From: Candidatus Limnocylindrales bacterium
GTDB lineage: Bacteria > Chloroflexota > Limnocylindria > Limnocylindrales > CSP1-4
Length of the DNA: 64,000 bases
Reading direction: 5' to 3'
Assembly: GCA_050014975.1 (NCBI GenBank)
Contig: JBEKCH010000003.1
Location: forward strand, 8,081-72,080
Both the position numbers and the translations under genes were made by a program. This document shows, one piece after another, positions 12,457 through 21,166 of this stretch. Within the stretch, counting starts at the first letter, position 1, and each line of letters opens with the position of its first letter. The notes under the pieces are model-generated. The model did not search any database. It was given only the letters and a program-made list of their open reading frames with translations, and was not told the origin of the DNA.

Positions 12457-13647
12457 TCACTGCCCGCTCTTTGGCGGCGCGATCGAAACCGGCTGGCCCC
12501 GGTCGGTGGCGGTAAGCGTGACCTGGACCGTCGCCAGCAAACCGTGAGGCAGGATCGCCTGGGCGTCGCCGTTCACCGATCCCTGCACCATGCCCACTTC
12601 GCCGTCGCCGAAGACCCAGAAGTCGAGCTCGCCCCGCCAGGCGGCCATGCTGGCGTTGCCAATGAGCCAGAACACCTGCGGGAACGAGGCGCCGAAGGTC
12701 TGGCCGTCGATCGCCACGCGACAATGCCGGGCCTGGGCCTCTTCGACATACTCGAGCCCGCGGTCTTCTGCCGTCGCACGATTCCCCGGCGAGAGGGCCT
12801 GGCCAAGCATGGTGGTGTCGATCAGCTCCGAGTCGAGCGACGCCGGCGAGACGGTTCGCCAGGATTGCCCGGGATCCTGCGTCCACGCCGAGGAGCCGAT
12901 CCTGATGGCTCCATACTGGCCGAAGAGATCCGGACGTACGACCTGCGCGGTCCACGAGATGTCGCTCCCGGAACGCATGCCGGTCAGATCAACGGTGCCT
13001 ATGGATCGCCCATCGACATTGCCTTGAATGTGAAGATCCAGCTGCGCGGTCGTGGCGGCCACCAGCACGTCATCGCATTGGGGAGGCGTGAGCTCGGGCG
13101 AGGTGGGGCCGAAGCGTGAGTAGACCGACGGCCTGTCGCGCAGTGCCGCGTTATCGGCCAGGCTGGCCCCGGCGAAGGCGGCCCCGATCAGGGCCGTCGC
13201 GGCCAGCCCGAACCCGATCGAAGCGGCCATTCGCCTGGGGCCGATCCCCGTCTCGGCGATCAACTGGCGGCTGAGACCCAGGCCGGCGAAGATCGCCGTG
13301 GCCAACAGGGCCGCGGCCCACGGGTACACCACCTCCGCCGACGGCAGCAGCGGCTCCGAGTTGCGAGCCATCACCTGAGCGGCCACTCCCGCGATCGACG
13401 GCACGAGCAGCAGGCCCGCCAGGAGCCCGAGCCAGAAGATCCCCGCCGAGCCGCGGCTGCTCGTTACCAGGGGCGGCCAGATGACGGCAGCCACGCTGAC
13501 CAGCAGCGGCAGCGAAGCGGTCACGCCGACGAGCATGTCCAGCGGACCGCCGGGTCGGTATGCGATCAGGACGACGCCGCCGCCCGCAGCCCAGAGAACG
13601 GTGAGGGCGACGGCCAGGAGCCGCAGCTCGAACAGGCGGACACGCAC
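12457..13647 (-). CDS. Hypothetical membrane protein (about 5 TM) with extracytoplasmic beta-rich C-terminal domain
   Basis: Hydrophobic N-terminal half; leaderless GTG 6 nt after TAGACT; 3' end abuts the WYL gene start. Confidence 0.75.
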   Translation of the reverse strand: MRVRLFELRLLAVALTVLWAAGGGVVLIAYRPGGPLDMLVGVTASLPLLVSVAAVIWPPLVTSSRGSAGIFWLGLLAGLLLVPSIAGVAAQVMARNSEPLLPSAEVVYPWAAALLATAIFAGLGLSRQLIAETGIGPRRMAASIGFGLAATALIGAAFAGASLADNAALRDRPSVYSRFGPTSPELTPPQCDDVLVAATTAQLDLHIQGNVDGRSIGTVDLTGMRSGSDISWTAQVVRPDLFGQYGAIRIGSSAWTQDPGQSWRTVSPASLDSELIDTTMLGQALSPGNRATAEDRGLEYVEEAQARHCRVAIDGQTFGASFPQVFWLIGNASMAAWRGELDFWVFGDGEVGMVQGSVNGDAQAILPHGLLATVQVTLTATDRGQPVSIAPPKSGQ

Positions 13648-14094
13648 GCCAGCAGTCTAGCGGTGCCCAAGGCCATCCGCGCCCCGAGGTTCTCTGTCGG
13701 GCGTGGCGGCGTGCCTGCGCGGGCTGGTTTGCGGGAGCTCCCAGCCAGGATGGGCGGGCATCCATCACCAGATCCTACTAGTCCAAACGTACTATCCCTG
13801 GAGGGCAGGTATCGGGAACCCTAAGACGTGCTGGGTATCGTGCCGGGGTCCTGTCCCGCCGAACTTCCCCTCAGAGCGGCCCGAGGAAGAAACCCGGTCG
13901 CCGGTACCACACCAAAGGTCGAAGGGTTCTCGAGATGGCAGGCACGGCGGACCAGGCGAGCACAGGCCGCAGCGGTCGCACCGAAGGACGACCGACACGA
14001 GCTCGCGGTCGCAGCCCCCGCGGGCAGGCAGCGCCTATGCCTCGGGCCTGATCGGCTACGTCTCCGGCTTGCCACGAATCGTTCGCCCTGGACG

Positions 14095-14196
14095 ATGCCC
14101 CAGATCAACGGCGTGGTCTTCCGTCGCGCCCAGTACCTGGAGACCACGTGGGGCAAGGCCGAGCGAAGGCCGGCTGGCCGCCGACCGACCGACTGA
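14095..14196 (+). CDS. Small basic ORF (MPQINGVVFRRAQYLETTWGKAERRPAGRRPTD); possibly the 3' part of a frameshifted small gene starting near 13935
   Basis: Strong GC3 codon bias; followed by two hairpins. Confidence 0.45.
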   Translation: MPQINGVVFRRAQYLETTWGKAERRPAGRRPTD

Positions 14197-14242
14197 GCGG
14201 CGAGAGACAACCCGCCACCACACAACCGAAGAGCTTGCCCGC

Positions 14243-14327
14243 CGTTTCGGGGCCTCCTCCTCCACCCCGAAACGAGCGTCTGTCGAGGCGGTGTCCTTTC
14301 TCCCGGGGCGCCGCCTCGACGCTTTCC
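14243..14327 (+). ncRNA. Tandem hairpins with C-rich loops (6C/cuckoo-like architecture)
   Basis: CGTTTCGGGG-cctcctcctcca-CCCCGAAACG (perfect 10 bp) and a 15-bp stem 14282-14320 with loop tttctcccg, then GCTTTCC. Confidence 0.5.
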
Positions 14328-14369
14328 ACCAGGTCGCACCGCCGATTGGGCAGGGCTACCATGCTCGCC

Positions 14370-15206
14370 GTGACCGCTCATTTCGTCTCGCTCCTGACCG
14401 ATTTCGGCCTGGCCGATCCGTCGGTCGCCGCGTGCAAGGGCGTGATCCTGGGCATCGACCCGGACGCGTGCCTGATCGACGTCAGCCACGGCATTGCCCG
14501 CCACTCCGTCGCTCAGGGCGCCGCGATCCTCTGGGCAGCGCTGCCTTACCTGCCGGTCGGCGTCCATCTGGCAGTCGTGGATCCGGGAGTCGGCACGGAG
14601 CGGCGCCCGATCGGCCTGCAGACGGGCCGGGGCGACCATCTCGTCGGACCGGACAACGGTCTGCTCCTGCCCGCGGCCGAGCGGCTTGGCGGCATCGTCG
14701 CGGCTCATCTATTGGAGGCCGACGCCTACCGCCTGACCCCGCTCAGCCGGACCTTCCACGCCCGTGACGTCTTCGCTCCGGCGGCCGCGCACCTGGCCCG
14801 GGGAGTGGCGCTGGGCGCGTTCGGACCGCCGCTGGAGCCGTCCACGCTGGCGCAGCTCGAAATGCCCGCTCCAATTGCCTCCGGGGGTCGTCTGGAGGCC
14901 AGCGCCGTGTTCGTGGACACCTGGGGCAACGTCCAGCTGCTGGCCGAGCTGTCCGACCTGGAGACCGCGCTGGGGCGGGTCGTGCCCGGCGACGAGCTGG
15001 CGGTCGAGGCCACGGACGGGTCGTCGCCCAACGGCCCGACGGCGATAGAGCTGCGCTGGCGGCTCACCTACGGCCAGGCCGAACCGGGCGAACCGCTGCT
15101 GTGCCTCGACTCGTACGGCCGCCTGGCGCTGGCGGTCAATCTCCAGAGCGCCGCCGAGAAGTTCGGCCTCGGCCCCGGTCGCCGGCTGCGAATCGGCCGC
15201 CGCTGA
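14370..15206 (+). CDS. SAM hydroxide adenosyltransferase / SAM-dependent halogenase family (DUF62)
   Basis: LLTDFG, VHLAVVDPGVGTERRPI, GPDNGLL, SRTFHARDVFAP, VDTWGN. Confidence 0.9.
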   Translation: MTAHFVSLLTDFGLADPSVAACKGVILGIDPDACLIDVSHGIARHSVAQGAAILWAALPYLPVGVHLAVVDPGVGTERRPIGLQTGRGDHLVGPDNGLLLPAAERLGGIVAAHLLEADAYRLTPLSRTFHARDVFAPAAAHLARGVALGAFGPPLEPSTLAQLEMPAPIASGGRLEASAVFVDTWGNVQLLAELSDLETALGRVVPGDELAVEATDGSSPNGPTAIELRWRLTYGQAEPGEPLLCLDSYGRLALAVNLQSAAEKFGLGPGRRLRIGRR

Positions 15207-15325
15207 AGTGCCCCTCGTCGGGCAGCGCCATGGCCACCCTGGCTCGCGACCCGGTCGCGAACGGCACTTCCGCTCGCGGGCCCCGCGGGCCCGGCGCTCC
15301 CCGGCGCTCAGGGCCTCGCGCGCAT

Positions 15326-15409
15326 AAGGAAACGCCCGAAGGAACCTTCTCGCTGCGTGGGCTTTGATGTCATCGCCGCCACTAGCAGTCGCTCGACCCC
15401 TTCGGGCGT
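15326..15409 (-). ncRNA. Orphan rod-shaped small RNA of about 80 nt, unknown class
   Basis: 5' ACGCCCGAAGG pairs perfectly with 3' CCUUCGGGCGU; inner helices; starts 7 nt after a -10 box; U-rich tail; no downstream gene on this strand. Confidence 0.6.
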
Positions 15410-15416
15410 GGCAGGA

Positions 15417-15445
15417 ACGCTACGCAAGAGTGAGCTCGCCTTCAA
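15417..15445 (-). promoter_or_regulatory. Sigma70-type promoter TTGAAG-N17-TAGCGT for the small RNA
   Basis: -35 at 15445-15440, -10 at 15422-15417, 17-nt spacer. Confidence 0.65.
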
Positions 15446-15585
15446 TCGGGTTTTCCACCGGGAAGGCATTTCTGCCAGGTGAGTTGTCCACCGCTCATTC
15501 ACCGGGCCCGCACCCCAAGGTGCCGCCTGCGCGCAGCAAGTCAGCCGCAGCTGAGGCGAACGAAAGGGCGACGCGGTCGACCGGT

Positions 15586-16149
15586 CTAGGCGGTGGATCC
15601 GCCGGACTCGAAGCGGAGACGGGTATCCATGCCGATCGCGGCCGGGATCCACGGCTCCTCGGCGATTGGGGCCACCAGGGCATTGGCCAGGGCACGCAGC
15701 GTGCCGGGCGGCACCGGGAAGACGGCGGCATCGGTGCCGGCCGAGGCCCAGACGACCGGGTAGGGGCACAGATCCGGGTCCATCACGATTCGAACGTCGT
15801 GGCCGTGCCCGAACGGCGGGATCCCGCCGATCGAGAAGCCGGTCAGGTCTCTCGTCTCGCGAGCCGTGGCGCGCCGGATTGCCGCCTCGCCGGTCACCGC
15901 CGCCAGCTGCGCGAGGTCCACGCGATTGCGTCCAGAGACAAGGCACACGATCGGGACCAGCCGCCCGCCGGCTCGCGGCGCGACGAAGACCAACGACTTG
16001 ACGATCTGACCGAGGTCCGCGCCAACGATCGCAGCCGCCTCTTCAGCGGTGTGCGTGGATTCGTCGAAGACGGTGATGTCGAGCTTGACGCCCTTGCGGG
16101 CGGCAACTTCGACAACGCGCTGGATGGCTGGATGCGAGAGGTCGCTCAC
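15586..16149 (-). CDS. YbaK/EbsC family aminoacyl-tRNA deacylase
   Basis: THTAEEAA, QIVKSLVF, TGFSIGGIPPFGH, VWASAGT. Confidence 0.9.
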   Translation of the reverse strand: MSDLSHPAIQRVVEVAARKGVKLDITVFDESTHTAEEAAAIVGADLGQIVKSLVFVAPRAGGRLVPIVCLVSGRNRVDLAQLAAVTGEAAIRRATARETRDLTGFSIGGIPPFGHGHDVRIVMDPDLCPYPVVWASAGTDAAVFPVPPGTLRALANALVAPIAEEPWIPAAIGMDTRLRFESGGSTA

Positions 16150-16418
16150 GACTGGAAATCTACCATGTGTTCGACTGGGCTTTCCCTGAGAGTATCGTCA
16201 CGCGGGTCACGATCCAACAGTCCGAGATCGCGGGCCCTTCAACCTAAGGACCCTGATCGGGCGCCCCTGGTTCCCCAGTCTTCTGTAATCGATACGATCC
16301 GGGCCGCCCAACGGATCGTAGCTGCCAGAACTTGTCTTCGCACGGCCTGCGTGCAACTTGGGAACCGGGCTGGCAGGCGGGCCCCGGGCGGGTGTAGAGT
16401 CAGCCCACAACAGAAAAC

Positions 16419-16510
16419 ACGACAGGGGAGCGCCGGCGGGCGCTGAGAGTGCGGAGCGGATCCGCAGACCCTTGGAACCTGATCCGGGTAATGCCGGCGA
16501 AGGGAGTCAA
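16419..16510 (+). ncRNA. TPP riboswitch
   Basis: AGGGGAGC...GCTGAGAG...AGACCCTTGGAACCTGATCCGGGTAATGCCGGCGAAGGGA upstream of thiamine genes. Confidence 0.96.
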
Positions 16511-16517
16511 GCACCGA

Positions 16518-16549
16518 GCACCTCTGTCGAGTCCGATGGAGGTGTTTTC
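16518..16549 (+). terminator. TPP riboswitch expression-platform terminator
   Basis: GCACCTCTGTCG-agtc-CGATGGAGGTGT stem followed by TTTC. Confidence 0.7.
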
Positions 16550-16638
16550 ATGCGCACTGGGACGGCCAAAGGGACAGCTCTGGGGCGCACCCATCCGACC
16601 TCCCAACGGACGAAGCGGGCGCCCGCAGCCGGGCAGAT

Positions 16639-17352
16639 ATGCGTGCCCTGATCGTCGCCGACGGAGACGTTCCGAGCCGCGCCGCGCTGGACGCGGGCTG
16701 GCCGGGCTGGGATCGCGCCGTGGAGCTCGTCGTGGCCGCCGACGGCGGTTGGGAGAGAGCCGCCACGCTCGGCCTGCGGCCGGCGCTGCTGGTTGGCGAC
16801 GGCGATTCTCTGCCCGAAAGCCGCCTCGCGGAGCTGGCCGGGCAGGGCGTCCCGATCGAGCGCTCCCCCACTGCGAAGGACGAGTCGGACGCGGAGCTGG
16901 CGCTCCTGGCCGCGCTCCGGCGGGGGGCGATGCAAGTGACGATCCTGGGGGCGATGGGCGGGCGGCGCTTCGACCACGCCCTCGCCAACGTGGGCCTGCT
17001 GGCGCTGCCGGAGCCGGCGGCCGCGGAAGTGGATCTGCTCGACGCATCGACGCGGGTGCGCCTCCTGCGCGCCCCGGCGGTCAGCGGGGCGATCTCCCGG
17101 CTCGAGCTTCCCGGCGTCATCGGCGACCTGGTCTCGCTGCTGCCGCTCGGAGAACCGGCCGAAGGCATCACCACGGTCGGGCTTCTCTACCCGCTCCTGA
17201 ACGGAACCCTGCGCGCGGGCCCCGCGCGCGGGCTCTCCAACGTGAGGCTCACGGCCGAGGCGAACGTCTCGCTCCGCCGCGGCAGCCTGCTGGTCGTCGA
17301 GACCAGAGTCGACACACAGGCAGGACGATTAGGAACAGGAGATCTAATGTGA
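16639..17352 (+). CDS. thiN: Thiamine diphosphokinase
   Basis: VAADGG, VGDGDS, KDESDAELAL, GAMGGRRFDHALAN, GLLYPL, GLSN. Confidence 0.92.
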   Translation: MRALIVADGDVPSRAALDAGWPGWDRAVELVVAADGGWERAATLGLRPALLVGDGDSLPESRLAELAGQGVPIERSPTAKDESDAELALLAALRRGAMQVTILGAMGGRRFDHALANVGLLALPEPAAAEVDLLDASTRVRLLRAPAVSGAISRLELPGVIGDLVSLLPLGEPAEGITTVGLLYPLLNGTLRAGPARGLSNVRLTAEANVSLRRGSLLVVETRVDTQAGRLGTGDLM

Positions 17353-17936
17353 AAGCCTTTCCAGCCGCCGGGCCGTCCGTCGAACTGTTCCGCTGGCGGA
17401 CAGTCGACATCGTCGTCGTGGCGCTCCTGGCCGTCGCCTTCGGCGTCGTCTTCTGGGTTTGGGGCACCTACGTCTGGGCGTGGGGCAGCTTTCTCGGCCC
17501 CCAGACCGAGTCCCTCATCACCGGAGTCTGGCTGCTTCCCGCGGTCGTCTGCCCGCTGATCGTGCGCAGACCGGGTGCGGCGCTCTTCGGCGAGCTCGTT
17601 GCCGCCTTCGTTTCGGCGATGCTCGGCAGCTACTGGGGCCTGGATACCCTGCTGTCCGGGCTGCTCCAGGGCGCTGGAGCAGAAGCCGTCTTTCTGATCA
17701 CGATGTACAGGGCGTGGAATCCAGTCGTCGCGATCCTGGCCGCTGCCGGCGCCGGGATCGGCGAGGCCAGCCACGACCTGATCGTCAGCTACGGCGCAAT
17801 CGACATCGCCGGCCGGGCGGCCATCGGCGCGGCCGAGATCGTCTCGGCCATCGCGATCGTCGGAGTCGGCGGCTGGATGCTCGTTCGGGCGCTCCGACAG
17901 ACGGGCGCGCTGCAGACGTTCCCATCCGGAGAGTGA
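17349..17936 (+). CDS. ykoE: ECF transporter substrate-specific S component (YkoE-type, thiamine/HMP)
   Basis: WRTVDIVV, VRRPGAALFGELVAA, QGAGAE; lies in TPP-regulated operon. Confidence 0.85.
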   Translation: MKAFPAAGPSVELFRWRTVDIVVVALLAVAFGVVFWVWGTYVWAWGSFLGPQTESLITGVWLLPAVVCPLIVRRPGAALFGELVAAFVSAMLGSYWGLDTLLSGLLQGAGAEAVFLITMYRAWNPVVAILAAAGAGIGEASHDLIVSYGAIDIAGRAAIGAAEIVSAIAIVGVGGWMLVRALRQTGALQTFPSGE

Positions 17937-19633
17937 AGAGCGCTCGGGGCGTTCGACCCGCGACGGGGAAAGTCGCCCCACCCGCGATCGAGGCAGCGGG
18001 GCTCGGCTGGACCTACGCCGGCAGATCCCAGCCCGCCATCGAAGGCCTGACATTTCGGCTGGAAGCAGGGCGAGTCCTGCTGGTTCTCGGCCCGTCCGGC
18101 TCGGGCAAGAGCACCCTGGCTCGCGCCCTCGCCGGCCTGGTTCCGCACGTGCTGCCCGGCCGATGGCAGGGCGGCCTGCGGGTCGGCGAGCTTGAAGTGG
18201 CCCAAACGCCGGCCCGCCTGCTGGGCGAGCGAGTCGGCCTCGTCTTCCAGGACGCCGACAGCCAGCTCGTCATGTCGCGAGTGGACGACGAGGTCGCCTT
18301 CGGCCTGGAGAACCGGGGCTGGCCGCTCTCCGCCATGGAGAGTCGCGTCCCCGTGGCGCTCGGGGACGCGGGGCTGGCCGGCTTCGAGGCCCGCCAAACG
18401 CCGACCCTCTCCGGAGGCGAGAAGCAGCGCCTGGCGATCGCCGACGTGCTCGCAGCCCTCCCGGGGCTGCTGATCCTGGACGAGCCCACGGCCAACCTCG
18501 ATCCCCCCGGGATGCATGCCGTCTTCGAGCAGCTGGAGGTGCTTGCCCGGCGCCGCGAGCACACGATCGTCCTGATCGAGCACCGGCTGGAGGCGGCCCT
18601 GCGTCTGGCCGACGAGGTTCTGCTGATCGACGACGAGGGTCACCAGCTCGCCTTCGCGCCCGCCCGGGCCGTCGGCCGCGAGGCCATCGAACTGCTGGAG
18701 CGCTGCGGCGCCTGGGTGCCGCGCGCCTGGCAGGAGGCGGGCGCCCCCGAGCCGGCAGCTGCGGGCCGCCGGTCTGTCGAGGCCGGCACGGTCCTGCTGG
18801 AGGCCGTCGGCGTTCGCATCGCATATCCCGACGACGAATGCGGGCAGCATGTCGCCCTGGATGGCGTCTCCGTCTCGGTTCGAGCCGGGGAGCGCATCGC
18901 CCTGGTGGGACCGAACGGGGCGGGCAAGTCCAGCCTGCTCCTCGCCATGGCGGGGCTGCTGCGGCCCAGCGCAGGGACTGTCCGCCTCCGCGCGCTGCCA
19001 CGGAAAGGTGAGGCGGCCGGACCCATGCGCGATCCGGCACGACTCCGAGCCGACGAGATAGCGGCCCGCATCGGCCTGGTCTTCCAGGATCCGGAGCTCG
19101 GGTTCGTGGCGCGGACCGCGCGGGATGAGGTGGCCGCCAGCGCCCGCGTCATGAGTGGTCGCGACCGCTCCGCCGACGCCGGCCACGACCACGGCGCCGA
19201 CGGAGTGCTGGCCCACTTCGGCCTGGGGCACCTGGCCTCGGACGACCCGTTTCGCCTGAGTCAGGGTGAGCAGCGCCGCCTGAGCCTCGCCGCCCTCGCC
19301 CTTCGACCACCGGCGATCCTGCTGCTTGACGAGCCCACGTTCGGCCTGGACCGGCGCGGCACCGAGGCCGTGCTCCGCCTGCTCGAGGAGCGCCGGACGG
19401 CCGGGCAGGCCCAGATCCTGGCCACTCACGACCCGCGGCTGCTGCCGGCGTGCGACCGCGTCGTCGCCCTCGATCGCGGCCGCGCCGTCTTCGACGGCTC
19501 GCCGGACGCGTTCCTGGCGGCGCCGCCGTACGACCCCGCCGGGCCGTGGCGTGCTGGCGTGGCAGCCGGCGTGGCAAGCGGCCGGGCGACGCCGCAAGAC
19601 GTGACGGCGGCACGCGAGCCAGGTGCCGGATGA
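17933..19633 (+). CDS. ykoD: ECF transporter fused double ABC ATPase (YkoD-type)
   Basis: Two Walker A (GPSGSGKS, GPNGAGKS), LSGGE and LSQGE, two LDEPT. Confidence 0.9.
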   Translation: MKSARGVRPATGKVAPPAIEAAGLGWTYAGRSQPAIEGLTFRLEAGRVLLVLGPSGSGKSTLARALAGLVPHVLPGRWQGGLRVGELEVAQTPARLLGERVGLVFQDADSQLVMSRVDDEVAFGLENRGWPLSAMESRVPVALGDAGLAGFEARQTPTLSGGEKQRLAIADVLAALPGLLILDEPTANLDPPGMHAVFEQLEVLARRREHTIVLIEHRLEAALRLADEVLLIDDEGHQLAFAPARAVGREAIELLERCGAWVPRAWQEAGAPEPAAAGRRSVEAGTVLLEAVGVRIAYPDDECGQHVALDGVSVSVRAGERIALVGPNGAGKSSLLLAMAGLLRPSAGTVRLRALPRKGEAAGPMRDPARLRADEIAARIGLVFQDPELGFVARTARDEVAASARVMSGRDRSADAGHDHGADGVLAHFGLGHLASDDPFRLSQGEQRRLSLAALALRPPAILLLDEPTFGLDRRGTEAVLRLLEERRTAGQAQILATHDPRLLPACDRVVALDRGRAVFDGSPDAFLAAPPYDPAGPWRAGVAAGVASGRATPQDVTAAREPGAG

Positions 19634-20415
19634 GCGTGCTTCCGACCCCGCTCCGCCCGACCCGGCCAGCTTTCCTGACCCGGACGACGCCGGTGGCCCG
19701 TCTCGTGGCCGGCATGACCTGGCTCCTGGCCAGCATAGTCACCCTCGATCCGATGGTGCCCGTCAGGCTGTCCGTGGCCGCCCTCGTCGCCCTGTGGCTC
19801 TGGTCGGGGCTGCCACTGCGCCGAATCCCCGGTCGGCTTGCCCCGCTGGGCTTCGCCATCCTGAGCCTCACCGTGTTCTCGATCCTGCTCTCGAGCGCCA
19901 ACGGCGATCGCACGCTGGCAACGGTTGCCCAGTTCGGCCCCGCCCGAATCACCGGTCCCGCCATCTCAGCCGGCCTGGCGATCGGGCTTCGGGTCGTGGT
20001 GATCGCCCTGACGACGCTGCTCGTCTTCGGCCCATCCGACCCGACCCGCATGGCCGACTCGCTCGTCGAACAGTGGCACCTGCCCGATCGCTTCGCCTAC
20101 GGAACGCTGGCTGCCCTGAGAGTGGCGCCGTTCATGGCCGGCGACTGGGCCACGATCGGGGCCGCTCGTCGCCTGCGTGGCCTGCAACCCCGCGGACCGG
20201 TCGCACGAGTCCGCGAATCCGGCGGACGCCTGCTGGTGATGCTCATCTCGGCGATCAGGCGCGCAGAGCGGCTCGCCCTGGCCATGGACGCGCGCGGCTT
20301 CGACAGCGGCGTCCGGCGCACTCACTTCCGCGTCCTGCGCACGACCTGGCGAGACTGGCTGACCATCGCCGTCGCCTGCGCCGTCGCGGCAGCCGCGCTC
20401 GAGCTCCCGCACTGA
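19630..20415 (+). CDS. ykoC: ECF transporter transmembrane T component (YkoC/CbiQ-type)
   Basis: ARRLRG and AMDARGF conserved Arg motifs; multiple TM. Confidence 0.88.
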   Translation: MSVLPTPLRPTRPAFLTRTTPVARLVAGMTWLLASIVTLDPMVPVRLSVAALVALWLWSGLPLRRIPGRLAPLGFAILSLTVFSILLSSANGDRTLATVAQFGPARITGPAISAGLAIGLRVVVIALTTLLVFGPSDPTRMADSLVEQWHLPDRFAYGTLAALRVAPFMAGDWATIGAARRLRGLQPRGPVARVRESGGRLLVMLISAIRRAERLALAMDARGFDSGVRRTHFRVLRTTWRDWLTIAVACAVAAAALELPH

Positions 20416-20448
20416 GGGGTCGCCGCGCCACCGTGCTAGCCTGCTTGC

Positions 20449-20934
20449 ATGAGCAACATCCCGACGGTGGGCGAGTTCGCCCCCGATTTCGAGCTTCGAG
20501 ACGACGAGGGACGGCTCCACCGCCTCTCCGATAGAAAAGGCCAGTTCACGGTCGTGTACTTCTACCCGGCCGACGACACGCCCGGCTGCACGAAGGAGGC
20601 CTGCTCCTTCCGCGACTCTCACGCCTCTTTCGGCGACGCCGGCACCGAGGTGTGGGGGGTCAGCCCCCAGGGAGCCGCCAGCAAGGCGGCCTTTCGAGCG
20701 AAGTACGGACTGCCCTTTACGCTGCTGGCCGACGAGGATCACGCCGTGGCGGACCTGTACGGCAGCTGGGCAGAGAAGCAGAACTACGGCAGGACCTACT
20801 GGGGCGTTGCCCGCAACAGCTTCCTGGTGGATCCGGATGGCCGGATCGCCTGCGTCTGGATGAAGGTCCAGCCCGAGAACCACGCCGGCGAGGTCCTGGC
20901 CGCGCTGAGGCAGGCCCGCGCCGCGATCGCCTGA
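20449..20934 (+). CDS. bcp: Peroxiredoxin BCP/PrxQ
   Basis: YFYPADDTPGCTKEACSFRD. Confidence 0.95.
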   Translation: MSNIPTVGEFAPDFELRDDEGRLHRLSDRKGQFTVVYFYPADDTPGCTKEACSFRDSHASFGDAGTEVWGVSPQGAASKAAFRAKYGLPFTLLADEDHAVADLYGSWAEKQNYGRTYWGVARNSFLVDPDGRIACVWMKVQPENHAGEVLAALRQARAAIA

Positions 20935-20962
20935 CGGCGCGCATGGAGCTCCCCGAGGGCAG

Positions 20963-20991
20963 GCGCGGGCAAGCGCGGGCAAGCGCGGGCA
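20963..20991. repeat. 10-bp tandem repeat (GCGCGGGCAA) x3
   Basis: Read directly from sequence. Confidence 0.8.
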
Positions 20992-21166
20992 TAAAGAGAG
21001 GCTTTGCTCGTGGGGGGAGACGAGCGAAGCCTCGGGCGGCATGATAACTCTCGCGCACGCCTCTCGTGGGAGGGGACACTGACCTCTCGACGCGGGCCGC
21101 GAGTTCATTCGCTGCCGACCGACCAGGCGAGTTGTGCGGGCCTGGAACCAGGAGAAGGAAACGCCC

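Noticed and set aside
13850-13910. c-di-AMP (ydaO) riboswitch
   Set aside because: Only CCGCCGAA and AACCCGGT resemble it; internal conserved elements are missing and the span is too short
14370-15206. True fluorinase linked to the fluoride riboswitch
   Set aside because: About 23 kb apart; the Arg/His-containing motifs (GTERR, TFH) fit the widespread DUF62 SAM hydrolase
16155-16175. LexA (GAAC-N4-GTTC) box upstream of ybaK, and a similar half-site near 48101
   Set aside because: Only one half-site matches in each case
21040-21166. Riboswitch in the PIG-L deacetylase leader
   Set aside because: Some pairing is possible, but there is no recognisable aptamer or terminator and such pairing is expected at this GC content
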